The notes beneath the pieces were generated by a model. It ran no database searches, was not told where the DNA came from, and worked only from the letters and a program-made list of their open reading frames with translations. A stretch of 64,000 bases of DNA from a virus. The stretch is from positions 33,492 through 97,491 of IMG/VR virus record IMGVR_UViG_3300028393_000035; one strand, given 5' to 3'. Positions 28,667-38,364 of the stretch are shown here, piece by piece (within the stretch, counting starts at the first letter, position 1; every line of letters starts with the position of its first letter). The translations under genes were made by a program, and so were the position numbers.

Positions 28667-29671
28667 TTATCGAGTCACTAAAGCGTGAATATAATCCCCG
28701 TCACGCTTAATGCGAGCAACGCGGAAACCCTTGTAAGTATTTTCAAGCTGAGCCTTAGCCATTCTAATGCTTACATCGCGATTAGGATCGGCCTTGGAGG
28801 CTGTAAATGACATCACTGGGCCTGAAGCTGAAGGTGATGCAGGAGCCATTGCATTTGATCCTGTTGAAGCTCCGCAAGAGCATGGACGACCGGGAGGGCA
28901 AGTGCAGCTTTGACTGGCCATAGGAGCGCCTACTGGACCTGAGGCAGTGCCTGTAGCAGGAGTTGCGGGAGTCATTGGAGCATTAGCTTCGCGCTTGCTG
29001 TCGCAATGCTCGCAAGAACCCTTTTCGCATTCGCCTTCGCAATTAGCAGTCTTAACTGAAGCAAATGCGGGTGAGCCAACAGGGGTCATACCGGGCTTAT
29101 TAGGAACCTCACCGGGCTTAAGCTTTGCGCCAGATCCGGGAGGAAGTGGATCTGGCTTTTTAGGACCCTTAGGTGCAGGTGCAGCAGGAAGATCAGCAGA
29201 AGGACCCTCTGGCATTTCATCCATATCTTCGCCCTTTTCGCTAATTCCAAGAGCATCAAGAAGAAGGTCAATCTTCTTTTCAAGTTCAGCAATCTTCTTA
29301 TCCTCTGAGCGCTCATGCTTTTCTTCATGATCCTCATGCTCATGCTCTTCAATCTCTTCAAGAGGGGATTCGCTCATTTCGTGTTTATCCTCATGAAGAT
29401 CGGCGGGCGATTCATCAATATCTTCAAACGCGCCAGCGGCAGTCTTTTTGCAATGCTGACAACCCTTATCTTCGCAATGCTCGCAAGGCTTTACATCTTC
29501 GCTGGAAGTCTTAGGAACGAGGAGCTTGGCAACCCAATGACCACCTTGATTATGAATGCTAGCAATCTTGGTTCCGGGCTGGAACTGACGATGATTTTGA
29601 AGCGAAAGAAGAGCCTCATTTTGAGTGAGTCCTGAAGCGGACTTAACGATACGGGTTGTATAATTCATCAC
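28667..29671 (-). CDS. Putative head/scaffold-associated low-complexity protein
   Basis: His/Glu- and Pro-rich with Cys clusters; similar short N- and C-terminal domains. Confidence 0.65.
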   Translation of the reverse strand: MMNYTTRIVKSASGLTQNEALLSLQNHRQFQPGTKIASIHNQGGHWVAKLLVPKTSSEDVKPCEHCEDKGCQHCKKTAAGAFEDIDESPADLHEDKHEMSESPLEEIEEHEHEDHEEKHERSEDKKIAELEKKIDLLLDALGISEKGEDMDEMPEGPSADLPAAPAPKGPKKPDPLPPGSGAKLKPGEVPNKPGMTPVGSPAFASVKTANCEGECEKGSCEHCDSKREANAPMTPATPATGTASGPVGAPMASQSCTCPPGRPCSCGASTGSNAMAPASPSASGPVMSFTASKADPNRDVSIRMAKAQLENTYKGFRVARIKRDGDYIHALVTR

Positions 29672-29703
29672 TTGTTATCCTTTAGATTTAAGTTGTTTTA
29701 AAG

Positions 29704-32655
29704 TCAGCAACCGAAAAGAAAATAATCGGGATCTGAATCGGCATAGTGAGTGCCTTCTAAATTAAGTTTGTCTGCATTGCGAGCTTCGCCATACTCATCA
29801 ATAAGTTCGCGCTGCTGCATTGGAGTGTAATGTTTTCCAGCAACCTTACTTCCAATTTGAATATGAGGTGTTGAAAGGTCAGTTGATTCGCCGGGAACCG
29901 GCACTGGCTTAGAATCCATATTTTCTTCAATGCCAGCAGGATTCTCTTCTGATCCAAAATCAGTTGAAACAAAACGATAACCGTTAAGATCTGCTTCTTG
30001 ACGATCAATTTCAATTGTGGTACGAAGCCCGCCATTAGATTCAATTTCATAAACGATGGAATCGGGCTTAACTTCAACTACGCGACCAACATCTGGAATT
30101 TCATAGTTATGAGCATAAATTTCATACTCTTTACCTTCTTCAAGAGGTTCGCCAGAATCGTCTGCCCAAGTATGAGTAGAATCATCCTCTTCCAATTCTT
30201 CAGGCTCGCTAAAAGAATCAACAGATCCGGGCATAACTTCCATTGGACCTTCATCAAGATTTAAAGCCTGATAAAAGCTAGAAGTTGTGCTTGTATCGGT
30301 TGAAGTACCATCGGAAGGAATTAAGTTTTTATCATTCCATTTATGACCGCATGAACGGCATTCGCATTTACCAGTAGACTGATTTACAACACCAGTAGTG
30401 TGACCATCGCACTTAGGACATGTACTAGCGGCAGAATCAGCAGCATGCTTAAGAATAGATTTAAGCATATCGTTTCTTACGCTAGACATGATTGGAGGCG
30501 GCATTGCACCGGGACCAGCAGGATTAAGATCAGCGGGAGTGGGTGCGCTCATATCAGGAATGCCCGGTGCAGGTCCAGCAGGGCCGGGAGGACCGCCCAT
30601 ACCCATATCTCCACCGGGTGCAGGCGGCATACCGGGTGCGCCCATACCTTGCATTTGCTCTTGCGGACTAGGGGCCATATCTTCAGGTGCAGCATCAAAA
30701 AGTTCATCTTGATTAGCAATCTCTGACCAAATTTTAGTAACTTCTGGATTAGAAGGTTCATTAAACATCATGTTTTCTAATTGAGCAACCTGCTCTTCAT
30801 CAAGTTTTCCAGCTTCAAACATTTCATGAAGATGCTCAATGAATGCATTCTGTTGTTCATCCGTATGAGGACCCTGTGTATTTGAAGCCGTAATTCCTAA
30901 TTGCTTTAAAGTTTTATTCATTTGATTTTGAACTTGCTGTTGAGGGTTTTGTAGATTCCATGTATCAGCTAATGTTTGAACGCTATGAGTAGCTGCGGCA
31001 GGTCCCTTTTTTGCAGTTGCCGTTTCATCTGACTCCGCAGCATGATTTTCGCACAAGCCTCCGGGTCCATCAGCAGGCATGCCGCATTGAAAACAACTAG
31101 GGCCAGTATTTGATTCTTTTTTATTTTTGTCATCAAACATAATTAAAATTTTATTTTCTTCTGGTGGAACCGCAAGATTTAAATATCCGGGAAATTCTGA
31201 TTCTAATCCTTCATGAACCGATTTAATAATTGGATCGTCTAAACCAGATTCATCGGAATTAAAATACTCCATAATTAAGGGAAAGGAATCTACAAATTGT
31301 TGAAGAGCTTTTGATAATTCGTTTGATTCACTAGCAGCAAACTGTCGTTTAATGCGCTCTCTAGCATCATCCTTGCCGCGAGGATCATGCGTCGATCCAA
31401 TTTCATTAACATCAAGCATGTCATAGGCCCAATCATCATTACTTTCATCTGATCTTTGATGAGGATCAATATTTTCAGGATCTTCAATTCTTTTTGTAAT
31501 GCTGGATGGATGCTCGTATTCATCGCCGTAAGTAGCCATCTTGGGCGCAGTATTTTGTCCGATCATATTATAATCAGGACCGCCACCAGTATCACCTAAT
31601 TCACCAACCGCGCCCTCTGCACCTTTAAGCGCTTCATGGCCAGCAATAGCAGGCAGAGCCACTCCTGCTACATCTCCAATTCCAGCAGTACCAGCAGCTA
31701 AGCCAGCAGCAAGTTCAGGAAGTGCGGCAAGCCAAAGTGAAACTTTAACTGATGAAGTTTTATCCAAAGCAGATAAGCTATTTGTCCGGGCTACGTCATT
31801 AATAATATCTGCCATGTGAGGGTCTTCTACTCCAATACGAACATTACCTTGTGTAATTTTTGGTCGAATAACTGACCAATACTCTTTATAAGGGCGAAGT
31901 TTGCCGTTTTCCTCTGGGTTTTCTACCCAAGCGTTAACGGCAATTAAAGCTTCATGTAAATTATCTGTAATACCTTCAGGCATCGGCATAGAATATTTAT
32001 TAACGGCCTCTGTAAGCTCTTTAGAAGGCTCTACAACCTCTACAATATCCCAGCCTAGCTGCTCAACAGGAAAATTATCTGGTTCTTCGTCAAGCCAAGG
32101 CGCTGCCGCAATCTTATTTGTAGATTGATGAGGCTCAGCTTTAGCATTTTCAAAATCTTCAACAACTTGATCCCAAAGCTCTTGATTGTTATCATCTCCG
32201 GGGTCGCTCCAGCTATGCTCGCCGCTATTACGAACAGAGCCAAGCATTTCATCTCTACCCATAGAACGATCAGATCTATCTCCGGGCTTCCACTGATTAT
32301 CTTTTACAGGATGAGTTTCGCCAAGGCCAGCGGGTTCAGTTGCTTCATCAAGCTCGGCGATTTCTTCCCAGTCCATTTTATCCTTAAGCCCAGCAAGAAT
32401 GCCTTCGCCAAGAGGATTGCCGCCTCTATCGTTTGATGCTCCATCAAGGGGAGTATTGCGCTCAGTCATTTCTGAATTAATAGGAGAAGGTTGGCCGCGA
32501 TAAGGACGACCACCTGTGCTAGAGCGCAAATCATAGCCGCATTCAGGGCAGTTATTATGAACGGTTTCAGGCTGAATTTCGCCTTGTTGAAAGAAAGCTC
32601 CGCATTCGGGGCAATCTATTTCGTCGTAGTGGTGCTCAGGACCTTTATGATCCAT
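29704..32655 (-). CDS. Large acidic protein with Zn ribbons (putative internal head protein)
   Basis: CPEC x2, CFQC, CPKC..CRSC; Asp/Glu/Pro-rich. Confidence 0.65.
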   Translation of the reverse strand: MDHKGPEHHYDEIDCPECGAFFQQGEIQPETVHNNCPECGYDLRSSTGGRPYRGQPSPINSEMTERNTPLDGASNDRGGNPLGEGILAGLKDKMDWEEIAELDEATEPAGLGETHPVKDNQWKPGDRSDRSMGRDEMLGSVRNSGEHSWSDPGDDNNQELWDQVVEDFENAKAEPHQSTNKIAAAPWLDEEPDNFPVEQLGWDIVEVVEPSKELTEAVNKYSMPMPEGITDNLHEALIAVNAWVENPEENGKLRPYKEYWSVIRPKITQGNVRIGVEDPHMADIINDVARTNSLSALDKTSSVKVSLWLAALPELAAGLAAGTAGIGDVAGVALPAIAGHEALKGAEGAVGELGDTGGGPDYNMIGQNTAPKMATYGDEYEHPSSITKRIEDPENIDPHQRSDESNDDWAYDMLDVNEIGSTHDPRGKDDARERIKRQFAASESNELSKALQQFVDSFPLIMEYFNSDESGLDDPIIKSVHEGLESEFPGYLNLAVPPEENKILIMFDDKNKKESNTGPSCFQCGMPADGPGGLCENHAAESDETATAKKGPAAATHSVQTLADTWNLQNPQQQVQNQMNKTLKQLGITASNTQGPHTDEQQNAFIEHLHEMFEAGKLDEEQVAQLENMMFNEPSNPEVTKIWSEIANQDELFDAAPEDMAPSPQEQMQGMGAPGMPPAPGGDMGMGGPPGPAGPAPGIPDMSAPTPADLNPAGPGAMPPPIMSSVRNDMLKSILKHAADSAASTCPKCDGHTTGVVNQSTGKCECRSCGHKWNDKNLIPSDGTSTDTSTTSSFYQALNLDEGPMEVMPGSVDSFSEPEELEEDDSTHTWADDSGEPLEEGKEYEIYAHNYEIPDVGRVVEVKPDSIVYEIESNGGLRTTIEIDRQEADLNGYRFVSTDFGSEENPAGIEENMDSKPVPVPGESTDLSTPHIQIGSKVAGKHYTPMQQRELIDEYGEARNADKLNLEGTHYADSDPDYFLFGC

Positions 32656-32663
32656 AAGATATC

Positions 32664-33023
32664 CTAGTACTTAACGCTAGCGTCTGATGTACGAGCGTGA
32701 AGCCTGAGAGTAGTAGGCTTGGTGTCTGCCGTACAAACAAATTTTACTCGCCAATATGGAAGAATAATTTGTTCTGAAAAACCAACGCTTCCATTAGCGC
32801 TATGAGTATATGCGGCGGTTTTTGTAAAATTAGAAATATCCCAATTGACTCCATCAGGACTTTGTTCGATATAAAGGCTTCCACCGGTATCACTTGATAC
32901 TGAACCCGTAATAAGATCGTGAGTATCAGTTTTCAAGAAATCTGAAACAAAGGTCTTTTTATTAGTACCACTGTAATCTACAGAAGTAAAAGTTGAACTG
33001 GGGGATGCGCCAATGAATGCCAT
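32664..33023 (-). CDS. Small virion beta-sandwich protein
   Basis: IEQSPDGVNW...YWRV pattern. Confidence 0.6.
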   Translation of the reverse strand: MAFIGASPSSTFTSVDYSGTNKKTFVSDFLKTDTHDLITGSVSSDTGGSLYIEQSPDGVNWDISNFTKTAAYTHSANGSVGFSEQIILPYWRVKFVCTADTKPTTLRLHARTSDASVKY

Positions 33024-33108
33024 TCTATAAGTTATTCTTTCGTATTAGGTTATTTAGTAGGTTAAGTTATTAGTGCTGTAAACTAATACTAATTAAAACG
33101 TACTAAAG

Positions 33109-33879
33109 TTAAGTTTTAAGTGCAATTAATGGTGCAACAGTATCCACGGCACCACCCACAAGAGTCTGACCGGATACTGTTATTGATCTGAACCAACAAT
33201 CAGCAGTTGTAATTGTAGTTCCAAATAAAGATGGAACGTCTAAAACTGAATAGGTTGCAGTTACTGCTTGAGTATTAAAAAATACACCAATCCAATAAGT
33301 TGTACCAGCAGTTAATGTAAGAGTAGACAGCGACCCAGATCCAGTATTTGCACTCAATGTACCAGTAATAATTCCAGTCGTTGATGTTGTAACGCTTATT
33401 GTGCCAGACACCGGCCTAGTTGTTCCGTCAGTAGCGGTAGAAGTAAGTAGTGTACTACCATCAGATGCGTAAACAGTCATGCGAATACTGCCAGTACTTG
33501 TTGGCGCAGTAGCACAATAAAGCGAATAACTAGCAACTGCAATCGTTTTTGTTGGAGTAAATCTAATTGCGCACGACCCTTGCGCACCCAAACCATTGTT
33601 ACCAACAAAACTTTGTTGAGCATATGTCATGGCTGGTCCTACTACATACAAACCCGCGTGAGAATCAATGCCACGATTATCAACATAATTCTTTGTTGCT
33701 GCGTCTTGAGCGGCAGTTGGATCTGTAACATTTGTAATTTTATTAGTATTAGCGGTAATAGACGCAGTTGCAGGACGATTAGTCGCAAGGTTATCCAAAG
33801 TTAAAGCAGTTGACAAATCACCATAAGCAATAGTTCCATCAGTAATGTCAGTACTTGTTGTGTTAGGATTGTAAGTCAT
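33109..33879 (-). CDS. Tail fibre/receptor-binding-like protein
   Basis: KITNVTDPTAAQDAATKNYVD fibre neck motif. Confidence 0.7.
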   Translation of the reverse strand: MTYNPNTTSTDITDGTIAYGDLSTALTLDNLATNRPATASITANTNKITNVTDPTAAQDAATKNYVDNRGIDSHAGLYVVGPAMTYAQQSFVGNNGLGAQGSCAIRFTPTKTIAVASYSLYCATAPTSTGSIRMTVYASDGSTLLTSTATDGTTRPVSGTISVTTSTTGIITGTLSANTGSGSLSTLTLTAGTTYWIGVFFNTQAVTATYSVLDVPSLFGTTITTADCWFRSITVSGQTLVGGAVDTVAPLIALKT

Positions 33880-36611
33880 TAGATAATAATCCAGCCCGTT
33901 CCTGTTGATTGAACAGTAATAGTTTGATAGCGTTTAACGTTACCATCAATTGTAATAGAGGTTGCGTTATCAATTGTATCGCTGCTGCCAGTTCTTGCAA
34001 TAGTTATAACTCCGGTACCACTATTTTTGATATTGTAAATACGACCAGTTACGCCTGCCGCTGCTGCCGTTGTTGATGCGGCTGGAAGGGTTACCGTATA
34101 TGATCCGCTTGTATAATTTACTGTATAATGAGATGCGGTAAGAATCAAGTTACCAGTAGAAGTCGCATCAAGATATGGCAATTGTAATGCTCCGCCTGAA
34201 CCGATTGCTGCCAATGTAGTGCTAGAACTATTTTGCCACTCTTGAATATTTCCTGATTGACCATTCCAAGCTTGAGTAATTAATTTGGTTCCAGTGGGGG
34301 CGGTTGGAGCGGTACCGGCAAAATAAGCATTTGTTAATGTGGCGGTACTTGTTGGTGTGCTAGATGAAACAGTGATAGTAAACTGTGTCGAACTTGTAAC
34401 AGTGACTGTGTAAGAACCAGAGTTAAGAGTCGTCCAGTTCGTACCTGCATTATTTGCAAACCCTGAAAAAGAAACACTCTGACCAGTATAAAGTCCATGA
34501 GCTACAGATGTTGTAAGAGTGACCGTTGTGCTTGATACAGATGCTGATGAAAACGGAGTTGTTCCTGTATCACTATATGTATTGGTTGTTGTAGAGCTAG
34601 CAGTTGTTTGTTGAGTTCCAGATACTGAGATGTATTGTGCGCCCGTCCATGTTGGACTCGCACCAGTCGCTCTATAAATTTTATAACTAGAAGCACCGGG
34701 AACTTGCGTCCAAGTTAATGATGCGGTCTGACTACCGGATGTGGGGGTAACATTTACAGTTGAACTAACCGTTGTCTCCCCCTGAGGGTTGACAGCCGTA
34801 ACCTGATAATTGTATTGTGTGCTGACCGTTAATGATCCTCCCGATGCTAACGCAGCAGAAGGAGAAGGAACCGCTAAAGCATTAAGATAAACATTTGTGC
34901 CATTATTTTTTAAATTGCCAAAATTATCAAATAAAGCATAAACGCTGTTATTTGTATCTGAAATTCTTAAAATGTCTTGCGTTTGATCATACCTTGATCT
35001 AGCGATTATTGGAACGGTACTAGACGAACCGCTTTGTGCGTTTACAGTATAGGCGGGCGAAATTAAAGTAGAGCCACCGGCAGTGCCATTAGCCGATAAA
35101 CCGCTATTGATAGTAGTAGTTCCGTAAGATTTGCCAACGGAAAACGTAGCGCCACCAGCATAATCGTAAATTGCAAAAACGTGTTGGTTCATTGCTGATA
35201 CACCGGCTGGAGCGGCACCCGAGGTACTTGTTCCTGTATCTTTGTAAGATGTAATTGATCCGCTAGTAATTGTGGTTAAAAGTAGACCGGATGCAGTAAA
35301 GGCGTTGGACGTATTGCGATAAATTTTGTAACCAATCGCGCCCGCAGTTTGAACCCAATTCAAAGTAACGGTATTTGTATTATTAACTGTAGTTTGCGTT
35401 TGCCTTACATAAGCAGAAGCGGTTGAAGTTGTGGTTGCATTTGTTGTTGCTACGAATCCGTCGCCATTTGAAAATACCGGAACAACAGTGTAATAATATG
35501 TTGCGGCTGTAGAGCTAAATGATGAACTTTCAGTGTTAATTACGACCGGCCATGTTGCAGTATATATAGCCCTATTAATAATTAAACCATTATTTAAAGT
35601 TAATGAACCAGTTTGATCAAATTTTGCCAATACATTATTATTAACATCGTTGACATCGTATATATCAGTAGATGGAGTCACTGTTGCGGTAGCATTAGTT
35701 GCGGTTGTAATACCAGAACCAGTTGAACTCAAAAGTATTGGCGTTCCTGCAAAGGTAACTGACACCCCAGCAGTGTGAGCGGCAGCAGCTGTAGAGTTCG
35801 CACCTCTAGTGCATCCAGTAAAAGTTGTTCCCGTTAATCCCGTATAAGTGATTTGTTCACTTTCAATTTGAATTGTTCCAGTATATGAAAAACCCGCTGT
35901 GCTGCCAACGGTAATTGTTGTACCACTTGAGCCGGGATCAGTACCGACCGTTGTTGAAGTTGAAATGGTGCCGCGAGTAGTAAAAGTATATGGGGCATAA
36001 CCGGTTTGACCAGAAGCTACAGTTGGATCTTTAGTTATGCTGGGAATACCAGAGGAGGAAATGGCATATGTAGTATAAGGTTGAAGACCCGTTGCGGAAA
36101 GACTGCCTCCTGTAGCGGTCAATGTTGCCTGAGCGCTGCCGCTTGAAGTAGTTACTACCAAATTAGAAAGAGATGATCCAAGACTTGAGGTACCCTTAAG
36201 TGTCAAAGGTACTGCGGTCGTAGAAGTAGGGGCAATAGTGTTAGCAGCAGTAAAAGTATTAGCAATATTTAATGTTGCAACCGTGCCACTTGTACTTGGA
36301 AACGTCATTGTTGTACCATCGGTACCGCTTAATTGAATGGAATTATTAGCGGTTAATGTTTTACCATCAGCGATTGTCAAAGTGGCATTATTATTAGGTG
36401 TAGTAATTGCAACTTTATTATAAGATGTTTTATTACTTAAAGCCTGAGAACCATCAATTGTTACAATATCACCAGCGGTTGTAGAAAAACCTTTACCAAG
36501 AACTTGAGTAGAGGAAAGGACGGTCGTTCCATTAATTTTATAAACTTGATCAGAGGCAGTATCAGCATTTCCTCCGTCAATGTAAATACCATTTTTAAAC
36601 TTAGCGGACAT
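33879..36611 (-). CDS. Thr/Ser-rich tail fibre with Fn3-like and other beta modules
   Basis: Repeated YYY..TAV...W..V.GA..YKIYR modules; C-terminal TVTLPAA...IKNSGTG...TID..W fibre tip motif. Confidence 0.75.
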   Translation of the reverse strand: MSAKFKNGIYIDGGNADTASDQVYKINGTTVLSSTQVLGKGFSTTAGDIVTIDGSQALSNKTSYNKVAITTPNNNATLTIADGKTLTANNSIQLSGTDGTTMTFPSTSGTVATLNIANTFTAANTIAPTSTTAVPLTLKGTSSLGSSLSNLVVTTSSGSAQATLTATGGSLSATGLQPYTTYAISSSGIPSITKDPTVASGQTGYAPYTFTTRGTISTSTTVGTDPGSSGTTITVGSTAGFSYTGTIQIESEQITYTGLTGTTFTGCTRGANSTAAAAHTAGVSVTFAGTPILLSSTGSGITTATNATATVTPSTDIYDVNDVNNNVLAKFDQTGSLTLNNGLIINRAIYTATWPVVINTESSSFSSTAATYYYTVVPVFSNGDGFVATTNATTTSTASAYVRQTQTTVNNTNTVTLNWVQTAGAIGYKIYRNTSNAFTASGLLLTTITSGSITSYKDTGTSTSGAAPAGVSAMNQHVFAIYDYAGGATFSVGKSYGTTTINSGLSANGTAGGSTLISPAYTVNAQSGSSSTVPIIARSRYDQTQDILRISDTNNSVYALFDNFGNLKNNGTNVYLNALAVPSPSAALASGGSLTVSTQYNYQVTAVNPQGETTVSSTVNVTPTSGSQTASLTWTQVPGASSYKIYRATGASPTWTGAQYISVSGTQQTTASSTTTNTYSDTGTTPFSSASVSSTTVTLTTSVAHGLYTGQSVSFSGFANNAGTNWTTLNSGSYTVTVTSSTQFTITVSSSTPTSTATLTNAYFAGTAPTAPTGTKLITQAWNGQSGNIQEWQNSSSTTLAAIGSGGALQLPYLDATSTGNLILTASHYTVNYTSGSYTVTLPAASTTAAAAGVTGRIYNIKNSGTGVITIARTGSSDTIDNATSITIDGNVKRYQTITVQSTGTGWIII

Positions 36612-36625
36612 TCTGCCCCTTTACT

Positions 36626-38050
36626 TTAACCAATGATGGTAATATCGTATGTATCGTAACTTGCTGTAACATCTGCAAATGTAATAGTAACTTGACCTGC
36701 GGCATTAATGACAATATCAGTATACACGACATTGCCAGAAGAATCAGAAACTTGAACAAGAAGATTTCTATTAGATGAAAGTCCGTGAGTAGCTTGAGGA
36801 ATAACCTTTGTTACGTTCCCAGAAGTCGCATTAAAGGTTGTTACATACTTAGTTGGAAGACTTTGATTAGTTCCCGTTGGAACAGTTGCAAGTGTACCCG
36901 AAGTTGGAAGGGTTACGTTAGTTGTAGCAGTAGCAGTAAGAGTTGTTGAATAAGCACCAGAAGTTGCTAATGTTGAACTATTAGCAAGAGTAAGCGTACC
37001 CGTGCGCGATGTAATTGTAACACCGTTAATCGAGGTTGCCGTTGCCACACCAAGTGTTGGAGTAGTAAGAGTTGGCGATGTAGCAAGAACAAAATTACCG
37101 GTGCCAGTGCTGATACTAACTGGAACCGTTGTATTATCAAGTTCAAAATTAGTACCATTTGTTATTTTAATACCAGCGGCAGGATTGTTTGCCGTATATG
37201 ACGCAAGTTGCGTAAACAAAGTAAACGTAAGGCTGCTTGTACCAACGGTAAGCGCTCCAGTTGCAGACTGAATCCAAGCAGTTGATTTTTGACCGCCATA
37301 AAGAACGAAAATGTAATCGCCATTTGCAACTTCGCCAGTAATACTGCCATCGTAATCTGTATCACGAATAAGTTTTGCAGTTGAAGCAGTTGGAAAACTA
37401 TCAAGATAATAAACGCCATTTTGCGTTTGAGTCGTTTGATTTTTAACAAGAACTCTGTCGCCGGTATAATTGGTTCCTGCCGTAAGTAGCTTGCCGTCAA
37501 TTGTCAAAGTTGAACTAGTTGCCGTGACAGTAAGATAGGCTCCAATGCCGTTTCCGTTTGGCGCGGTGTAGCTATTTCCAAGGTCTGCCGTAGTAGCTGC
37601 TACAACGGGGGCATGAACATTAAGATTAGCAACAGCGGCATCAACATAACTTTTATTGGCCGCATCATTATCGGCAGTAGGGGTGGCAACGTATTGAATT
37701 TTTTGAGGTGTACCGCTTGTACCGGCAGAGATAGTTCCAGTGGCGTAACCGATAGTGTCAAGTCTTACAGAATTAGCTGTAGCAGACGTTGTAAGAAGTT
37801 TAGTTACGTCAATTGCTGCACTAGATGAAATATCAGCATTGACAATATTTCCGGAATAAGGAATGTTTAACCAAGCGCCATTAGCGGCATTACGAATGAT
37901 CAACCTATTATAAGTTGCCGTATTTGCTGCATTTGTATCAAAATAAATTAAACCAGCGGCATATGTGCTAGGCGTACTAGCTTGAGGATTTAGCGAAACA
38001 TTCTGAAGCTGATTGTTATTTAAATTGATCGATGTATAAAATTTAGGCAT
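36626..38050 (-). CDS. Tail fibre protein
   Basis: DAANKSYVD and GDRVLVKNQT..QNGVY motifs. Confidence 0.75.
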   Translation of the reverse strand: MPKFYTSINLNNNQLQNVSLNPQASTPSTYAAGLIYFDTNAANTATYNRLIIRNAANGAWLNIPYSGNIVNADISSSAAIDVTKLLTTSATANSVRLDTIGYATGTISAGTSGTPQKIQYVATPTADNDAANKSYVDAAVANLNVHAPVVAATTADLGNSYTAPNGNGIGAYLTVTATSSTLTIDGKLLTAGTNYTGDRVLVKNQTTQTQNGVYYLDSFPTASTAKLIRDTDYDGSITGEVANGDYIFVLYGGQKSTAWIQSATGALTVGTSSLTFTLFTQLASYTANNPAAGIKITNGTNFELDNTTVPVSISTGTGNFVLATSPTLTTPTLGVATATSINGVTITSRTGTLTLANSSTLATSGAYSTTLTATATTNVTLPTSGTLATVPTGTNQSLPTKYVTTFNATSGNVTKVIPQATHGLSSNRNLLVQVSDSSGNVVYTDIVINAAGQVTITFADVTASYDTYDITIIG

Positions 38051-38364
38051 TAGTTAAAGAAAGCCTTCCCTGAAAAAGCGGCGGTAAATGTTAACGTTAC
38101 TTGATTGACGGAATTGTAATGAATTTCTCCAATGACAACATCGTTATTACTGTCTACAACTGTTACGGAGCAGTATTTGTTTAGATTATGGTTTATTGTA
38201 TTTCCACTTGAGCCAGCTATAAAATTTCCGGTATGAACAAAATTTGCTCCACCGCCTTGACTTACAAACATTGGTTCTGTACTTAATATCAAATTAACTG
38301 GGTTGATCGGATTTTCTAATTTTATTTTATCAGGCATATCATTTATTATTTGATGGTAAATCAA
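38050..38364 (-). CDS. Small fibre-associated protein
   Basis: INHNLNKY.SVTVVDS...FSGKA motif. Confidence 0.65.
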   Translation of the reverse strand: MIYHQIINDMPDKIKLENPINPVNLILSTEPMFVSQGGGANFVHTGNFIAGSSGNTINHNLNKYCSVTVVDSNNDVVIGEIHYNSVNQVTLTFTAAFSGKAFFN